This document shows positions 1 through 9,490 of a stretch of 64,000 nucleotides of DNA, piece by piece. Under the pieces are notes generated by a model. The model worked only from the letters and a program-made list of their open reading frames with translations. It did no database searches and had not been told where the DNA came from. This DNA comes from a virus: IMG/VR virus record IMGVR_UViG_3300044732_000442, positions 52,116 through 116,115 of that record. One strand, written 5' to 3'. Both the position numbers and the translations under genes were made by a program. Each line of letters opens with the position of its first letter. Within the stretch, counting starts at the first letter, position 1.

Positions 1-1
1 T

Positions 2-823
2 GGTGGCAAAAAAGTAGGAACTCTATTCAAGGGTAAAAAGACTAGTGTCCCATATGCTAATAGCATCAATGAAAGTGCTGAACTTAGTGAAGCACAACTA
101 GAAGAAGATGATGTTATTGTCGTTCCGGGACAAGGTCGCAAATCAAAAACTGGATTTGTTCCACATGGACAAAGTCGTATAGACCATGAAGTTGAGATGG
201 CACGTAGTGATTTATTCAGTGCCGCAAAGAATGCTCAACAAGTCTATTCAATGATTAAAGATGTTAGTGAAGATGAAGGTCTTGATGGTTGGGTACAAGA
301 AAAGATTATTAAAGCTAATGACTATCTAAACACAATACGTGAATACTTAGAAGGTAAACAAATTCAAGGTGTGAATGAAGGACCCGAGTTTGGTTCAAAG
401 TATGCAGAAAAATTAGCACAATATGTTTATAATGTTAGACCTAATCTTAATAGTGAAGATGATGTTTTAAACATAGGATATAAAGTTGCTGTACAAGATT
501 TAGCCAGTCAAACACGTGCTGTATCGTTGTTTAGCAGAGATCAAGATTTCCCTAGTGACTTTGTAAGTGCTTATAGATTCTTACAAAAAAGACGAGGTGT
601 AACAGAAAACAACCAAAGAGGTGATTCACTTGTTACTGACTCATTAAAAATAATGCGTGGTGCAGAAGTAAGTGATGCTGTAAGAGCACTAACGACCGTA
701 CTAGGAAATAGAGAATACAATAGCCGTCGTGGTTTTTACAATTTCTATATTAAACAAATGATTGATATGTATAGACAACAAGGTGTGAATGAAGGTTCTA
801 AGTCACCTAATAAGAAAGCGTAA
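2..823 (+). CDS. 5'-truncated modular virion-internal-type protein
   Basis: Frame is open from nt 2 (GGKKVGTLFKG...DHEVEMARSDL), upstream of the ORF-track start at 197. Modules are separated by INE/LSE/LEE/QGVNE/GVTE linkers. Confidence 0.6.
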   Translation, partial: GGKKVGTLFKGKKTSVPYANSINESAELSEAQLEEDDVIVVPGQGRKSKTGFVPHGQSRIDHEVEMARSDLFSAAKNAQQVYSMIKDVSEDEGLDGWVQEKIIKANDYLNTIREYLEGKQIQGVNEGPEFGSKYAEKLAQYVYNVRPNLNSEDDVLNIGYKVAVQDLASQTRAVSLFSRDQDFPSDFVSAYRFLQKRRGVTENNQRGDSLVTDSLKIMRGAEVSDAVRALTTVLGNREYNSRRGFYNFYIKQMIDMYRQQGVNEGSKSPNKKA

Positions 824-824
824 T

Positions 825-3626
825 ATGAGCAATATTCTTAAAGGTATAATAAACGAAACTAGTCCGCATAATTACGATAGTGATTGGGATTATCAGGATG
901 CTTTAGCACGTAGTGGCAAATCACGTTCTAGCTATCGTTCACAAGAAGATGATACGTCTGATGCTGATATTGCATATTCTAAAAAGATGTATCAATTGGG
1001 TCAACAACAGAAGGCTGCTAAAGAGAAAGCTCAACGTGATAATGACCATGATAGATTAGCAACTGGTACAAATGAAGATGATAGTAATCAAACTAGAATG
1101 AGAATGAATGATTATTACGATTTAGCTGAGGCTCTTCAGGAAAAGCTTAGACAAGCAATTAAGATGGGTAATAACGAACTTGTACATAAATTATCCAAAG
1201 AACGTGCTGAATTAGATGCACGTGTTAAAAAATATGGATTAATGCCTGAATCAGAACAATTAGATGAAATCTCTAATGAGAAATTGGCACAATACAAAAC
1301 AGCTGCCGCCGCCGACGCAGGCAAAGCTGATAAAGAGGGAGACTTTAAGCGTGGTGATAAACGTTTCAGTGGTATTGTTAAAGCAACTAAGAAACAATTT
1401 GCAAATGATACAAAGAAATCTGGTATAGGTCAAGGTATTTCAGAAGATAGATTTAACAGTAAACAAGAAGTTATTAACCATTTTGTTAAAAATGGTAAAA
1501 GTGCGGCAGCAGGTGCGGCAGCATGGGAACGTGGTTATAGAGGTTCAAATCCTAACAAACCAATAGAAATAAAAAAGCCACCTCAAAGAAGTTACCATGA
1601 TGATTTAGATGATAAACGTTATTCTAATACGTTTGAAAATTTAGGTGATCAACTAAAATCACAATCTCTAGAAGCATTACAACAAATCAAACAACAAATT
1701 GAACAAAAACGTGCCGACGAATTAGCTCAATGGGAACAAGATTTTAGAAATAATGTTGCTGGCAAAATGAGAAGCCAACCAATACGTTCACCGGAAGCAA
1801 CACCGGTTGCACAACCTGGTGAGAAGCATTCAGTATTAAAAGCTAGATTAGCACAACTCAATAATGCTATACAAAAACAAGAACTATTGGACAAGTTAAT
1901 TGATAAAATTGACCGTAAAGGTTTGTTGACTCCAGCAATGCAGAACGATGCTGATACTAGAATGCATGTTAAGTATGGTGCAAAAGATAACTATCAATCA
2001 TTGAATAAAAAGTTAGACAATTCTATTTCAATGTTACAGGATAGATTGTATATACGTAAAAAATCAGGTTTAAAAGAATCGCCTAAGAGAATTGATTATG
2101 ATAGTGATACATATGATAATACTAGAATGGGTAGAGAGTATGGCAAGGCTAATCTATTTGTAGATCCGGGGTCAAATGAATTTAAAAAAGAAATACATCC
2201 TGGAGATCCTGAAGGTGAACGTGGTAGACCAAGAAATCTAAAAGGTATTTCAAAAAGGTTACCTGCTGATGCGTTTGGTCGTACTAGCGGAGTTGTTCCT
2301 GATAGTGCAAGACCTAAATCAAAAGAAGATCCTTTTAAAGGAGTAGATGAAGCTGATATGAACCGTAGAGGGTTTTTAGGACAAGCAGGCAAGGCTGCAG
2401 GTGCTGGCGCATTGGCTGCCGCAGGCTTAGGTGGTGCTAGCAATGCTCAAGCATTTAAGGGAACACTTCCTGCTCCTCGTATATCTGAAGATGAGGCTGA
2501 AGCTCAAATTAAAGAATTAAGAAGTAAAGCATATAAAGAGTTAGCAAGTATGATGTGGAATGTATGGCCTAAAATACTAGACACAACATTTGGCGCAAAT
2601 ACTCCTCAAGATAAGCCAGCTACACCCGATGAAATTGGTAAAATGTTAGGCTACAGATTAGCTGAATATGCTGATGACTATAGACAAAAAGTTAGAGCAA
2701 TTAAAATAGCAGCCGGAGTAAGAGATCCTCAAAGTTTAAATAAAACAACTGCCGCAATTTATGTTAATGAACAAGAGATGGATGAGGGTTGGAGTCAAAA
2801 GTACAAGAGTAGTATCAACTGTAGTCATCCTAAAGGTTTTAGTCAAAAAGCTCATTGTGCAGGCAAGAAGAAACACAATGAAAGTATTGACAATGTTATG
2901 GAAATGACATGTCCTGATTGTGGTATGTGTGAAACTCACGTAGACCATGCTAAGTTAGATGAAGCTTGTTGGAAAGGTTATCACAAAGAAGGTAACAAAA
3001 AAATGTTTGGCAAAACATATCCTAACTGTGTAAAGAATACTAACGAAGAACAACTAGATGAAAAATGCTGGGACACACATAAACAAGTTGGAATGAAAAA
3101 CAAAGGTGGACGTATGGTCCCTAACTGTGTGCCTAAAGAAAGTGTAGAAGAACAACATTCACATAGTGAAAGTTGTCCGCATTGTGGTGGCGAGATGGTT
3201 AGTGAAGAACTAATGAATGAAAAGAAAGATGCTTGCTACTACAAAGTAAAGAGCCGTTATAAAGTATGGCCAAGTGCTTATGCATCTGGTGCGTTAGTTA
3301 AGTGCCGCAATAAAGGCGCAAGTAACTGGGGTACAGGCGGAAAGAAAAATGAAAGCTCTATACTAGAAGGTATTGAACAAGCAGACGAAAGTTTACATGA
3401 TTGGTTCAATAAAGAAAAATGGGTTCGCATGGATACTAAAGGAAAGATTAAAGGTCCGTGTGCAAGAGAACCAGGCGAAGGTAAACCAAAATGTTTGCCA
3501 CAAAGTAAAGCACATAGTCTAGGTAAAAAGGGTCGTGCTAGTGCCGCTCAACGTAAGCGTAGAGAAGATCCTAATCCAGAACGTAGTGGCAAAGCCATTA
3601 ATGTTGATACAAAAAAGAAAGATTAA
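825..3626 (+). CDS. Large modular polyprotein-like head/internal protein with small Cys/Lys-rich modules and an internal Tat-like signal
   Basis: Likely start ATG 825, just after the upstream stop. Repeated EQLDE/MDE/LDE/MNE/VDE linkers flank short modules (CWKGY..PNCVK, CWDTH..PNCVP, DACYYKVK..WPSAYASG, WFNKEKWV..KPKCLP). Internal MNRRGFLG...AQA. Confidence 0.6.
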   Translation: MSNILKGIINETSPHNYDSDWDYQDALARSGKSRSSYRSQEDDTSDADIAYSKKMYQLGQQQKAAKEKAQRDNDHDRLATGTNEDDSNQTRMRMNDYYDLAEALQEKLRQAIKMGNNELVHKLSKERAELDARVKKYGLMPESEQLDEISNEKLAQYKTAAAADAGKADKEGDFKRGDKRFSGIVKATKKQFANDTKKSGIGQGISEDRFNSKQEVINHFVKNGKSAAAGAAAWERGYRGSNPNKPIEIKKPPQRSYHDDLDDKRYSNTFENLGDQLKSQSLEALQQIKQQIEQKRADELAQWEQDFRNNVAGKMRSQPIRSPEATPVAQPGEKHSVLKARLAQLNNAIQKQELLDKLIDKIDRKGLLTPAMQNDADTRMHVKYGAKDNYQSLNKKLDNSISMLQDRLYIRKKSGLKESPKRIDYDSDTYDNTRMGREYGKANLFVDPGSNEFKKEIHPGDPEGERGRPRNLKGISKRLPADAFGRTSGVVPDSARPKSKEDPFKGVDEADMNRRGFLGQAGKAAGAGALAAAGLGGASNAQAFKGTLPAPRISEDEAEAQIKELRSKAYKELASMMWNVWPKILDTTFGANTPQDKPATPDEIGKMLGYRLAEYADDYRQKVRAIKIAAGVRDPQSLNKTTAAIYVNEQEMDEGWSQKYKSSINCSHPKGFSQKAHCAGKKKHNESIDNVMEMTCPDCGMCETHVDHAKLDEACWKGYHKEGNKKMFGKTYPNCVKNTNEEQLDEKCWDTHKQVGMKNKGGRMVPNCVPKESVEEQHSHSESCPHCGGEMVSEELMNEKKDACYYKVKSRYKVWPSAYASGALVKCRNKGASNWGTGGKKNESSILEGIEQADESLHDWFNKEKWVRMDTKGKIKGPCAREPGEGKPKCLPQSKAHSLGKKGRASAAQRKRREDPNPERSGKAINVDTKKKD

Positions 3627-3635
3627 AGAGTAATT

Positions 3636-4076
3636 ATGTTGTCAGACAATCTAAAAGTATTACTAGCAAGCACACAAAGTTTTGCTATCAAAACACAAAA
3701 CTTTCATTGGAACGTAGAGGGAAGTAACTTTCCACAATATCACGAATTCTTTAATACATTGTACGAAGATGTAAGTGCTACGATTGATCCTATTGCTGAA
3801 TATATAAGAATACTAGGTCACTATACTCCTGGCAGTCTAACACGTTATGCTGAACTAAGTATCATACAAGACCAAATAAAGATTCCACGTGCTGAATTAA
3901 TGTTTGTTGAATCATTACAAGATTGTGAAACAATGCTTCAGTTAGTAACAGCAATGTTTGATGAGGCAGCTGGTGAGAATCAACATGGTATTGAAAACTA
4001 TATGGCTGAACTACAAGACTTGTATGGTAAGAAAGCATGGTTCATTCGTTCTATATTAAAAAGAGAACGTGAATGA
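3636..4076 (+). CDS. dps: Dps-family ferritin-like DNA-protection protein
   Basis: NFHWNVEG.NF.QYHEFF..LY and IDPIAEYIRILG motifs; 146 aa. Confidence 0.9.
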   Translation: MLSDNLKVLLASTQSFAIKTQNFHWNVEGSNFPQYHEFFNTLYEDVSATIDPIAEYIRILGHYTPGSLTRYAELSIIQDQIKIPRAELMFVESLQDCETMLQLVTAMFDEAAGENQHGIENYMAELQDLYGKKAWFIRSILKRERE

Positions 4077-4951
4077 GAGCAACAGAGTTTATTACCGAAC
4101 AAGCAAATCCTAAAGTAGATTTGACTCCAAATTATCCTAACTATCAAGTGTTAGTGGGTGAGTTTGTCGGTATGAAAAAAAACAGAGCAAGATTTTTAAT
4201 TGTAGCCTCTGAACTTAAACCAGGTGTGCGAGAGACTGATAAAATTTTTAGAGCTAGAACTACTAATACACCTATCAGTATTGAGATTGGTAGGGTAAAA
4301 AATCGTAATGTAGTAGATGAAGATTTATCACGTAGAGGCTTCTTAGGTGGTTTAGCTGGTATGGCTGCACTAGGTACTAGAGATACAAAACCTACTGTTA
4401 ATAAAGATACACCAACGGCACCACAAAAAGAACCTACTGTAACTACATTGAGTAACAATCCTCAAATTGAGAGTTTATTACATAAAGCCGCTGTAGCTGC
4501 CGGTATAGTTGGTATTGAATTAGCACAGTTTATGGCTCAAACTAAACATGAATCCTGGAATTTTAGTAGACTAAAAGAAAAGGGTGTAGGTCAAGGCTAT
4601 TTTGCTAAAAAGTATGACCGTCAATATGCACCACGTACTGCTAAGATATTGGGTAATAAGCAGATAGGTGATGGAGAAAAATATCATGGTCGTGGATTTA
4701 TTCAATTGACCGGTCGTGATAACTATCGTATGGCTAGTCAAAGTTTAGGTATTGATTTATTAAATGATCCTGATTTAGCAGAACGACCAGATGTTGCAGC
4801 CAAGATTGCTATATGGTATTGGAAGACACGTGTTAAACCCTATATAAATAACTTCAACGATACGAAGGCAGTAACACAAAAGATTAATCCAGCACTACGT
4901 GGATTACAAGATAGACATGCAAAGTTTATTGACTACAAAAACATATTATAA
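4073..4951 (+). CDS. GH19 (chitinase/lysozyme-like) muramidase with N-terminal module and internal twin-arginine motif
   Basis: AQFMAQTKHES, YHGRGFIQLTGRDNY and VTQKIN..GLQDR motifs; N-terminus MRATEFITE; VVDE-DLSRRGFLGGLAGMAALG. Confidence 0.85.
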   Translation: MRATEFITEQANPKVDLTPNYPNYQVLVGEFVGMKKNRARFLIVASELKPGVRETDKIFRARTTNTPISIEIGRVKNRNVVDEDLSRRGFLGGLAGMAALGTRDTKPTVNKDTPTAPQKEPTVTTLSNNPQIESLLHKAAVAAGIVGIELAQFMAQTKHESWNFSRLKEKGVGQGYFAKKYDRQYAPRTAKILGNKQIGDGEKYHGRGFIQLTGRDNYRMASQSLGIDLLNDPDLAERPDVAAKIAIWYWKTRVKPYINNFNDTKAVTQKINPALRGLQDRHAKFIDYKNIL

Positions 4952-4959
4952 AGAGAACC

Positions 4960-5397
4960 ATGAAGAAAATAATAACAATCATACTATTAGCAATATCTAC
5001 TATTGCATTTGCACAAAAACAAAAGCCAATGAATGTATATGATTTTACAATCACTAGAGTTATTGATGGAGATACAGTAGCATTTCAAGCAACATTTTTA
5101 CCCCCACCATTAAAGCAAGAATTAAGTATTCGTGTGTTTGGTGTTGACACACCTGAAAAGGGTCATAGAGCAATGTGCCCCAGTGAAGCACAGCGTGGCG
5201 AGGCTGCTTCGGCCTTCACAAAAAATGCCATAGCTAAAGCACAGAAACGTCAAGTAGCTATAGCTGATTGGGATAAGTATGGTGGACGTGTATTGGGTGA
5301 TATATTACTTGATGGACAAAGTTTAAGAATGATGTTAATACAGAATGGATTTGCAAGAGAATACTACGGAGAAGCTAAAACTTCTTGGTGCAACTAA
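4960..5397 (+). CDS. Secreted thermonuclease (SNase family)
   Basis: Signal peptide MKKIITIILLAISTIAFA; RVIDGDT, IRVFGVDTPE and DKYGGRVLG motifs. Confidence 0.9.
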   Translation: MKKIITIILLAISTIAFAQKQKPMNVYDFTITRVIDGDTVAFQATFLPPPLKQELSIRVFGVDTPEKGHRAMCPSEAQRGEAASAFTKNAIAKAQKRQVAIADWDKYGGRVLGDILLDGQSLRMMLIQNGFAREYYGEAKTSWCN

Positions 5398-5398
5398 C

Positions 5399-5468
5399 AC
5401 CCTTAGGACCGTAACTTAGTTACGAGGGTAGGCGGCTTCTGCCTTAAGCAATCCAATTCGCTACTGGA
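5399..5468 (+). other. Structured GC-richer intergenic element (candidate ncRNA/cis-regulator)
   Basis: Stems ACCCT/AGGGT, CGTAAC/GTTACG, AGGCGG/CTGCCT and TCCA/TGGA in an otherwise AT-rich region. Confidence 0.4.
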
Positions 5469-5494
5469 CCTTATAAGTGAGCATAAATACTAAT

Positions 5495-6070
5495 ATGAGA
5501 GCAATAGAACTATACGAATCGGCCGCAAGTGAACTAGCTAAGAAACTTCCTAGCTTAGAGAAACACGACTATAATACCATTGATAAGCTAATGAAAAACA
5601 TAGCAAAGAAACATCGTATAACCGGTGATGCATTGCATGATTTGTTTGTTAGAAAATATCATAAGACTCCAGACAGTTGGATTAAAGATAAACTAGATGA
5701 GAGTGAACAAGAAGATTTGAATAACAATCCTATTGTACAGAAGTTTCTTGCTTGGACAAGTAAGAAGTTGAATTTAGAAAATACTCCAAAGATAGAGTTT
5801 AGTTATGATAGTGATGAAGCACAAGAAGGTCATCATACTGGTAGACACAATCCAGAGACGGGTGAAGTATGGGTTTATTGTGCTAATAGAAATCTAGTAG
5901 ATATATTACGTACTGTGTTCCATGAATTAACTCATGTACGCCAGGGTGAATTAAATATGATTAAGCCGGGTGATAGTTATCCAGGTAGTCCAATAGAAGC
6001 AGAAGCGGATGTAATGGCTGGCAAATATATTAAAATATTTGGTAAAGCACATCCAGAAATATTTCAATAA
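5495..6070 (+). CDS. Zn-metallopeptidase-like protein (HExxH)
   Basis: VFHELTHVRQ..E.EAD. Start ATG 5495 (MRAIELYE) lies 5 nt after TAAATA. Confidence 0.65.
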   Translation: MRAIELYESAASELAKKLPSLEKHDYNTIDKLMKNIAKKHRITGDALHDLFVRKYHKTPDSWIKDKLDESEQEDLNNNPIVQKFLAWTSKKLNLENTPKIEFSYDSDEAQEGHHTGRHNPETGEVWVYCANRNLVDILRTVFHELTHVRQGELNMIKPGDSYPGSPIEAEADVMAGKYIKIFGKAHPEIFQ

Positions 6071-6082
6071 AGAGAATAAAAT

Positions 6083-7087
6083 ATGTCAATATCAATAACA
6101 GGTGGAATATCATTTAGTGGTGGAGTAGGAATAACTGCCGCACCACCATCAACTCCAACAGCAGGATGGTTTGCAGGTGGGTCTGACGATTCTGGTGTTA
6201 CTTCAACAGTACAACGAATAACATATGCAACTGATACCGCTACTGCAAGTGTTCGTGGACCATTAAACGGCACCAGATATCAAAATGCCGGTACCGGTAA
6301 TTTAAATTATGGATGGTTTGCTGGTTCACGCATTACAGTTGCTATTAGCTCAGTATCAAGGATCACCTATGCAACAGATACTGATACAGCAAGTAATCGC
6401 GGCCCACTAAGTTATAGTGCTTATAGTATTACTGCGAACGGCACAGATACATATGGATGGTTTGCAGGTGGTAAGGATCAATCACCTAGTGATTATTCTA
6501 CAGTATCCAGAATAACATACGCAACTGATACTGGTACTGCAAGTACAAGGGGATCATTATCCGGTTGTTCATATCAAGGTGCAGCATCTACTGACAGCAC
6601 TACATATGGCTGGATTGCAGTAGGATTTGATAACCCTAGTACTATCGGATACCGTAGTATCGTAACTAGGATAACATATGCCACTGATACAGTAACATCA
6701 ACTATTAGAGGTCCATTAAGTTCAACTAGATCATCAATGGCCGGTACTGGTAGTACAAGTTATGGTTGGTTTGCCGGTGGATTTTTCGTCGGCCCGCCGA
6801 CATGGGAGGGAATTTATTATTCTAGGGTAGATCGTATTGATTATGCAAATGATACCGCTACAGCAAGTGTTCGTGGTCCGTTAACTAGAACTAATCAAGG
6901 TCAAGCAGCATCAACCGATGGAACAACATATGGTTGGTTTGGTGGAGGAAATAATTTTTCAACTCCTGCCGGTCCTTTTTCTTCCGTAGACAGAATAACA
7001 TATGCTACTGATACTGTTACTGCGACTGCACGTGGCCCGTTAAGTTCCGGTAGGAGGGTTTTTGCTGCCTCATCCGGTATACAATAA
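6083..7087 (+). CDS. Kelch-like beta-propeller repeat protein (6 repeats), putative virion fibre/decoration
   Basis: Six GWFAGG...RITYATDT.TAS.RGPL repeats; shared MSISITGGI N-terminus. Confidence 0.65.
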   Translation: MSISITGGISFSGGVGITAAPPSTPTAGWFAGGSDDSGVTSTVQRITYATDTATASVRGPLNGTRYQNAGTGNLNYGWFAGSRITVAISSVSRITYATDTDTASNRGPLSYSAYSITANGTDTYGWFAGGKDQSPSDYSTVSRITYATDTGTASTRGSLSGCSYQGAASTDSTTYGWIAVGFDNPSTIGYRSIVTRITYATDTVTSTIRGPLSSTRSSMAGTGSTSYGWFAGGFFVGPPTWEGIYYSRVDRIDYANDTATASVRGPLTRTNQGQAASTDGTTYGWFGGGNNFSTPAGPFSSVDRITYATDTVTATARGPLSSGRRVFAASSGIQ

Positions 7088-7102
7088 TATAAAGGTTAAA
7101 AA

Positions 7103-7600
7103 ATGTCAATAACAATAACAGGTGGAATAACATTAAATGGTGGTGGTTGGACTATTGAGGCACCACCGGCGGGTATTAGGGCTATATTTGGTTATGGAAA
7201 TGATGGATCAGTAACATCAATAACTAATTTAGTATCAACTACTGGTGTTGTTGCCACAGATACCGCAGGGGTAGGGACTGCTAGATATGGATTGGCAGCC
7301 GCAGGATATGGCACAGATAAAGCTATATTTGGATATGGATATGCCTCTCCAAGCGCACGTTCAATCACCAATCTAGTATCAAATACAGGTGTTGTTGCTA
7401 CTGATACAGCAGGTGTAGGTACTGCTAGATATCAAATAGCCGCCGCAGTGTATGGCACAGATAAGGCTATATTTGGTTATGGATACGGGGTTTCTTGGAC
7501 ATCAATAACTAACCTAGTATCAAACACCGGTGTAGTAGCAACAGATACAACAGGTGTTGGCACTGCTAGAGCTGAAATTGCGGCAGCAGCCTACGGTTAA
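7103..7600 (+). CDS. Repeat protein, 3 x ~47-aa units
   Basis: AIFGYG-x-ITNLVSNTGVVATDTTGVGTAR-xx-LAAAGYGTD repeats. Confidence 0.7.
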   Translation: MSITITGGITLNGGGWTIEAPPAGIRAIFGYGNDGSVTSITNLVSTTGVVATDTAGVGTARYGLAAAGYGTDKAIFGYGYASPSARSITNLVSNTGVVATDTAGVGTARYQIAAAVYGTDKAIFGYGYGVSWTSITNLVSNTGVVATDTTGVGTARAEIAAAAYG

Positions 7601-7622
7601 TTATACAATAAAGGTTTTATAA

Positions 7623-8282
7623 ATGTCAATAACAATAACAGGTGGAATAACATTAAATAATGGTGGTTGGACTATAGTTGCACCACCCGCAGGTAATAAA
7701 GCTATCTTTGGATACGGGACTGATGGTATTTCTCTATTAGCAATGACCAATCTAGTATCAAACACTGGTGTAGTAGCCAATGATACTACAGGTGTTGGTA
7801 CTGCTAGATTATACTTAGCAGCCGCCGGCTATGGAACAGATAAAGCTATTTTTGGATATGGGGTTACATACTCTCCAGGTTTCACTCCTTACTCAATTAC
7901 CAATCTTGTATCAAATACAGGTGTTGTTGCTACTGATACAACAGGTGTTGGAACTGCTAGAGGAACATTAGCAGCCGCAACCTATGGCACTGATAAAGCT
8001 ATATTTGGATACGGGTATAACGGAAGTACTAATGTATCAACTACTAATCTAGTATCAAACACAGGTGTTGTTGCTAGTAATACTACAGGTGTTGGAACTA
8101 TTAGAGGAACATTAGCAGCCTCAGGTTATAGCACTGATAAAGCTATATTTGGATATGGATTTGCCAATAGTGGCATAGTGTCAATGACTAACCTAGTATC
8201 AAACACAGGTGTTGTTGCTACTGATACTACAGGTGTTGGAACTGCTAGAGAGGAATTAGCGGCCGCAAGTTACGGATCTTAA
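7623..8282 (+). CDS. Repeat protein, 4 x ~47-aa units
   Basis: Same repeat unit as 7103..7600. Confidence 0.7.
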   Translation: MSITITGGITLNNGGWTIVAPPAGNKAIFGYGTDGISLLAMTNLVSNTGVVANDTTGVGTARLYLAAAGYGTDKAIFGYGVTYSPGFTPYSITNLVSNTGVVATDTTGVGTARGTLAAATYGTDKAIFGYGYNGSTNVSTTNLVSNTGVVASNTTGVGTIRGTLAASGYSTDKAIFGYGFANSGIVSMTNLVSNTGVVATDTTGVGTAREELAAASYGS

Positions 8283-8325
8283 CATTATGATTAACATAAA
8301 TACATTTATTATAAAGGAAAATAAA

Positions 8326-8541
8326 ATGATAGACTTAGAAAACATGCCTGCTCCAACAGCAGAGGAAATTGCACAAGCAAGAGAAAATGCATTTAATGCA
8401 GAACATCCAGCATCATGGACATGGGATGAGGCAGCAACTACATATGTTGCTCCAGTTGCTATTCCAAGTGATGGTTATCCATACTTATGGGATGAAGCTA
8501 CAACTAATTGGGTACCATTTCCAGATTATCCAAGAGAATAA
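8326..8541 (+). CDS. Small Trp-rich protein, possible fibre assembly chaperone
   Basis: AAGGA SD before ATG 8326; duplicated W.WDEA.T motif; TAAATA at 8297. Confidence 0.5.
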   Translation: MIDLENMPAPTAEEIAQARENAFNAEHPASWTWDEAATTYVAPVAIPSDGYPYLWDEATTNWVPFPDYPRE

Positions 8542-8544
8542 AGA

Positions 8545-9468
8545 ATGTCGGTAACATTTAGTGGTGGCGGTGTAACAATATCAGGCGGAGGATGGACTCT
8601 TAGTCCTCCACCAGGTGGTAGTAAGGCTATCTTTGGATATGGTTATAACGGGACAAATTTGTCAATTACTAATTTAGTATCAAACACAGGTGTTGTTGCC
8701 AATGATACTACAGGTGTCGGTACTGCTAGATTTGGATTGGCGGCCGCAGGATATGGCACAGATAAAGCTATATTTGGATATGGATTCGGAGCTAGTAGAA
8801 CGTCAATAACTAACCTAGTATCAAATACAGGTGTAGTTGCTACTGATACTTCAGGAGTTGGAACTGTTAGAAGTGATTTAGGAGCCGCAGGATATGGTAC
8901 TGATAAAGCTATATTTGGTTATGGATATACAGGTGGTGTCTCTTTTATATCAATAACCAATCTAGTATCAAATACGGGTGTGGTTTCCGGTGATACTGCA
9001 GGTGTTGGTACTGCTAGAGGTTATCTTGCAGCCGCAGGTTATGGCACTGACAAAGCTATTTTTGGATATGGTAACGGTAGCGGATTGCAATCAATAACCA
9101 ATCTAGTATCAAACACGGGGGTTGTTGGCAACAATGTTACAGGTGTAGGTACTGCTAGAGATAGTCTTGCAGCCGCTAGTTATGGTACTGATAAAGCTAT
9201 ATTTGGTTATGGATCTGGACCAACTGCAATAACTAACTTAGTATCAAACACAGGTGTAGTTGCTACTGATACAACAGGTGTTGGAACTGCTAGATATTAT
9301 CTTGCGGCCGCAGGATATGGGGTAGGTACAGCTATATTTGGATACGGTGAGAATGGTAGTATTAATGTATCAATGACCAACTTAGTATCAAACACCGGTG
9401 TAGTTGCTACAGATACTACAGGTGTCGGTACTGCTAGACAATTATTAGCGGCCGCAAGTTACGGTTAA
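8545..9468 (+). CDS. Repeat protein, 6 x ~47-aa units
   Basis: Same repeat unit. Confidence 0.7.
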   Translation: MSVTFSGGGVTISGGGWTLSPPPGGSKAIFGYGYNGTNLSITNLVSNTGVVANDTTGVGTARFGLAAAGYGTDKAIFGYGFGASRTSITNLVSNTGVVATDTSGVGTVRSDLGAAGYGTDKAIFGYGYTGGVSFISITNLVSNTGVVSGDTAGVGTARGYLAAAGYGTDKAIFGYGNGSGLQSITNLVSNTGVVGNNVTGVGTARDSLAAASYGTDKAIFGYGSGPTAITNLVSNTGVVATDTTGVGTARYYLAAAGYGVGTAIFGYGENGSINVSMTNLVSNTGVVATDTTGVGTARQLLAAASYG

Positions 9469-9490
9469 TTATACAAAGAAAGAATAAAGA

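Noticed and set aside
2339-2360. Internal translation start producing a normal Tat substrate at Met 2358
   Set aside because: AGGAG is 14 nt upstream (poor spacing) and the parallel case at 4328 has no Met. Not fully excluded, but not preferred.
1136-2948. Antisense ORFs from the track (e.g. 1136, 2096, 2736, and similar ones inside polB, clpX and dnaK)
   Set aside because: They lie wholly within well-supported genes on the other strand or frame, with no SD and no recognisable motifs.
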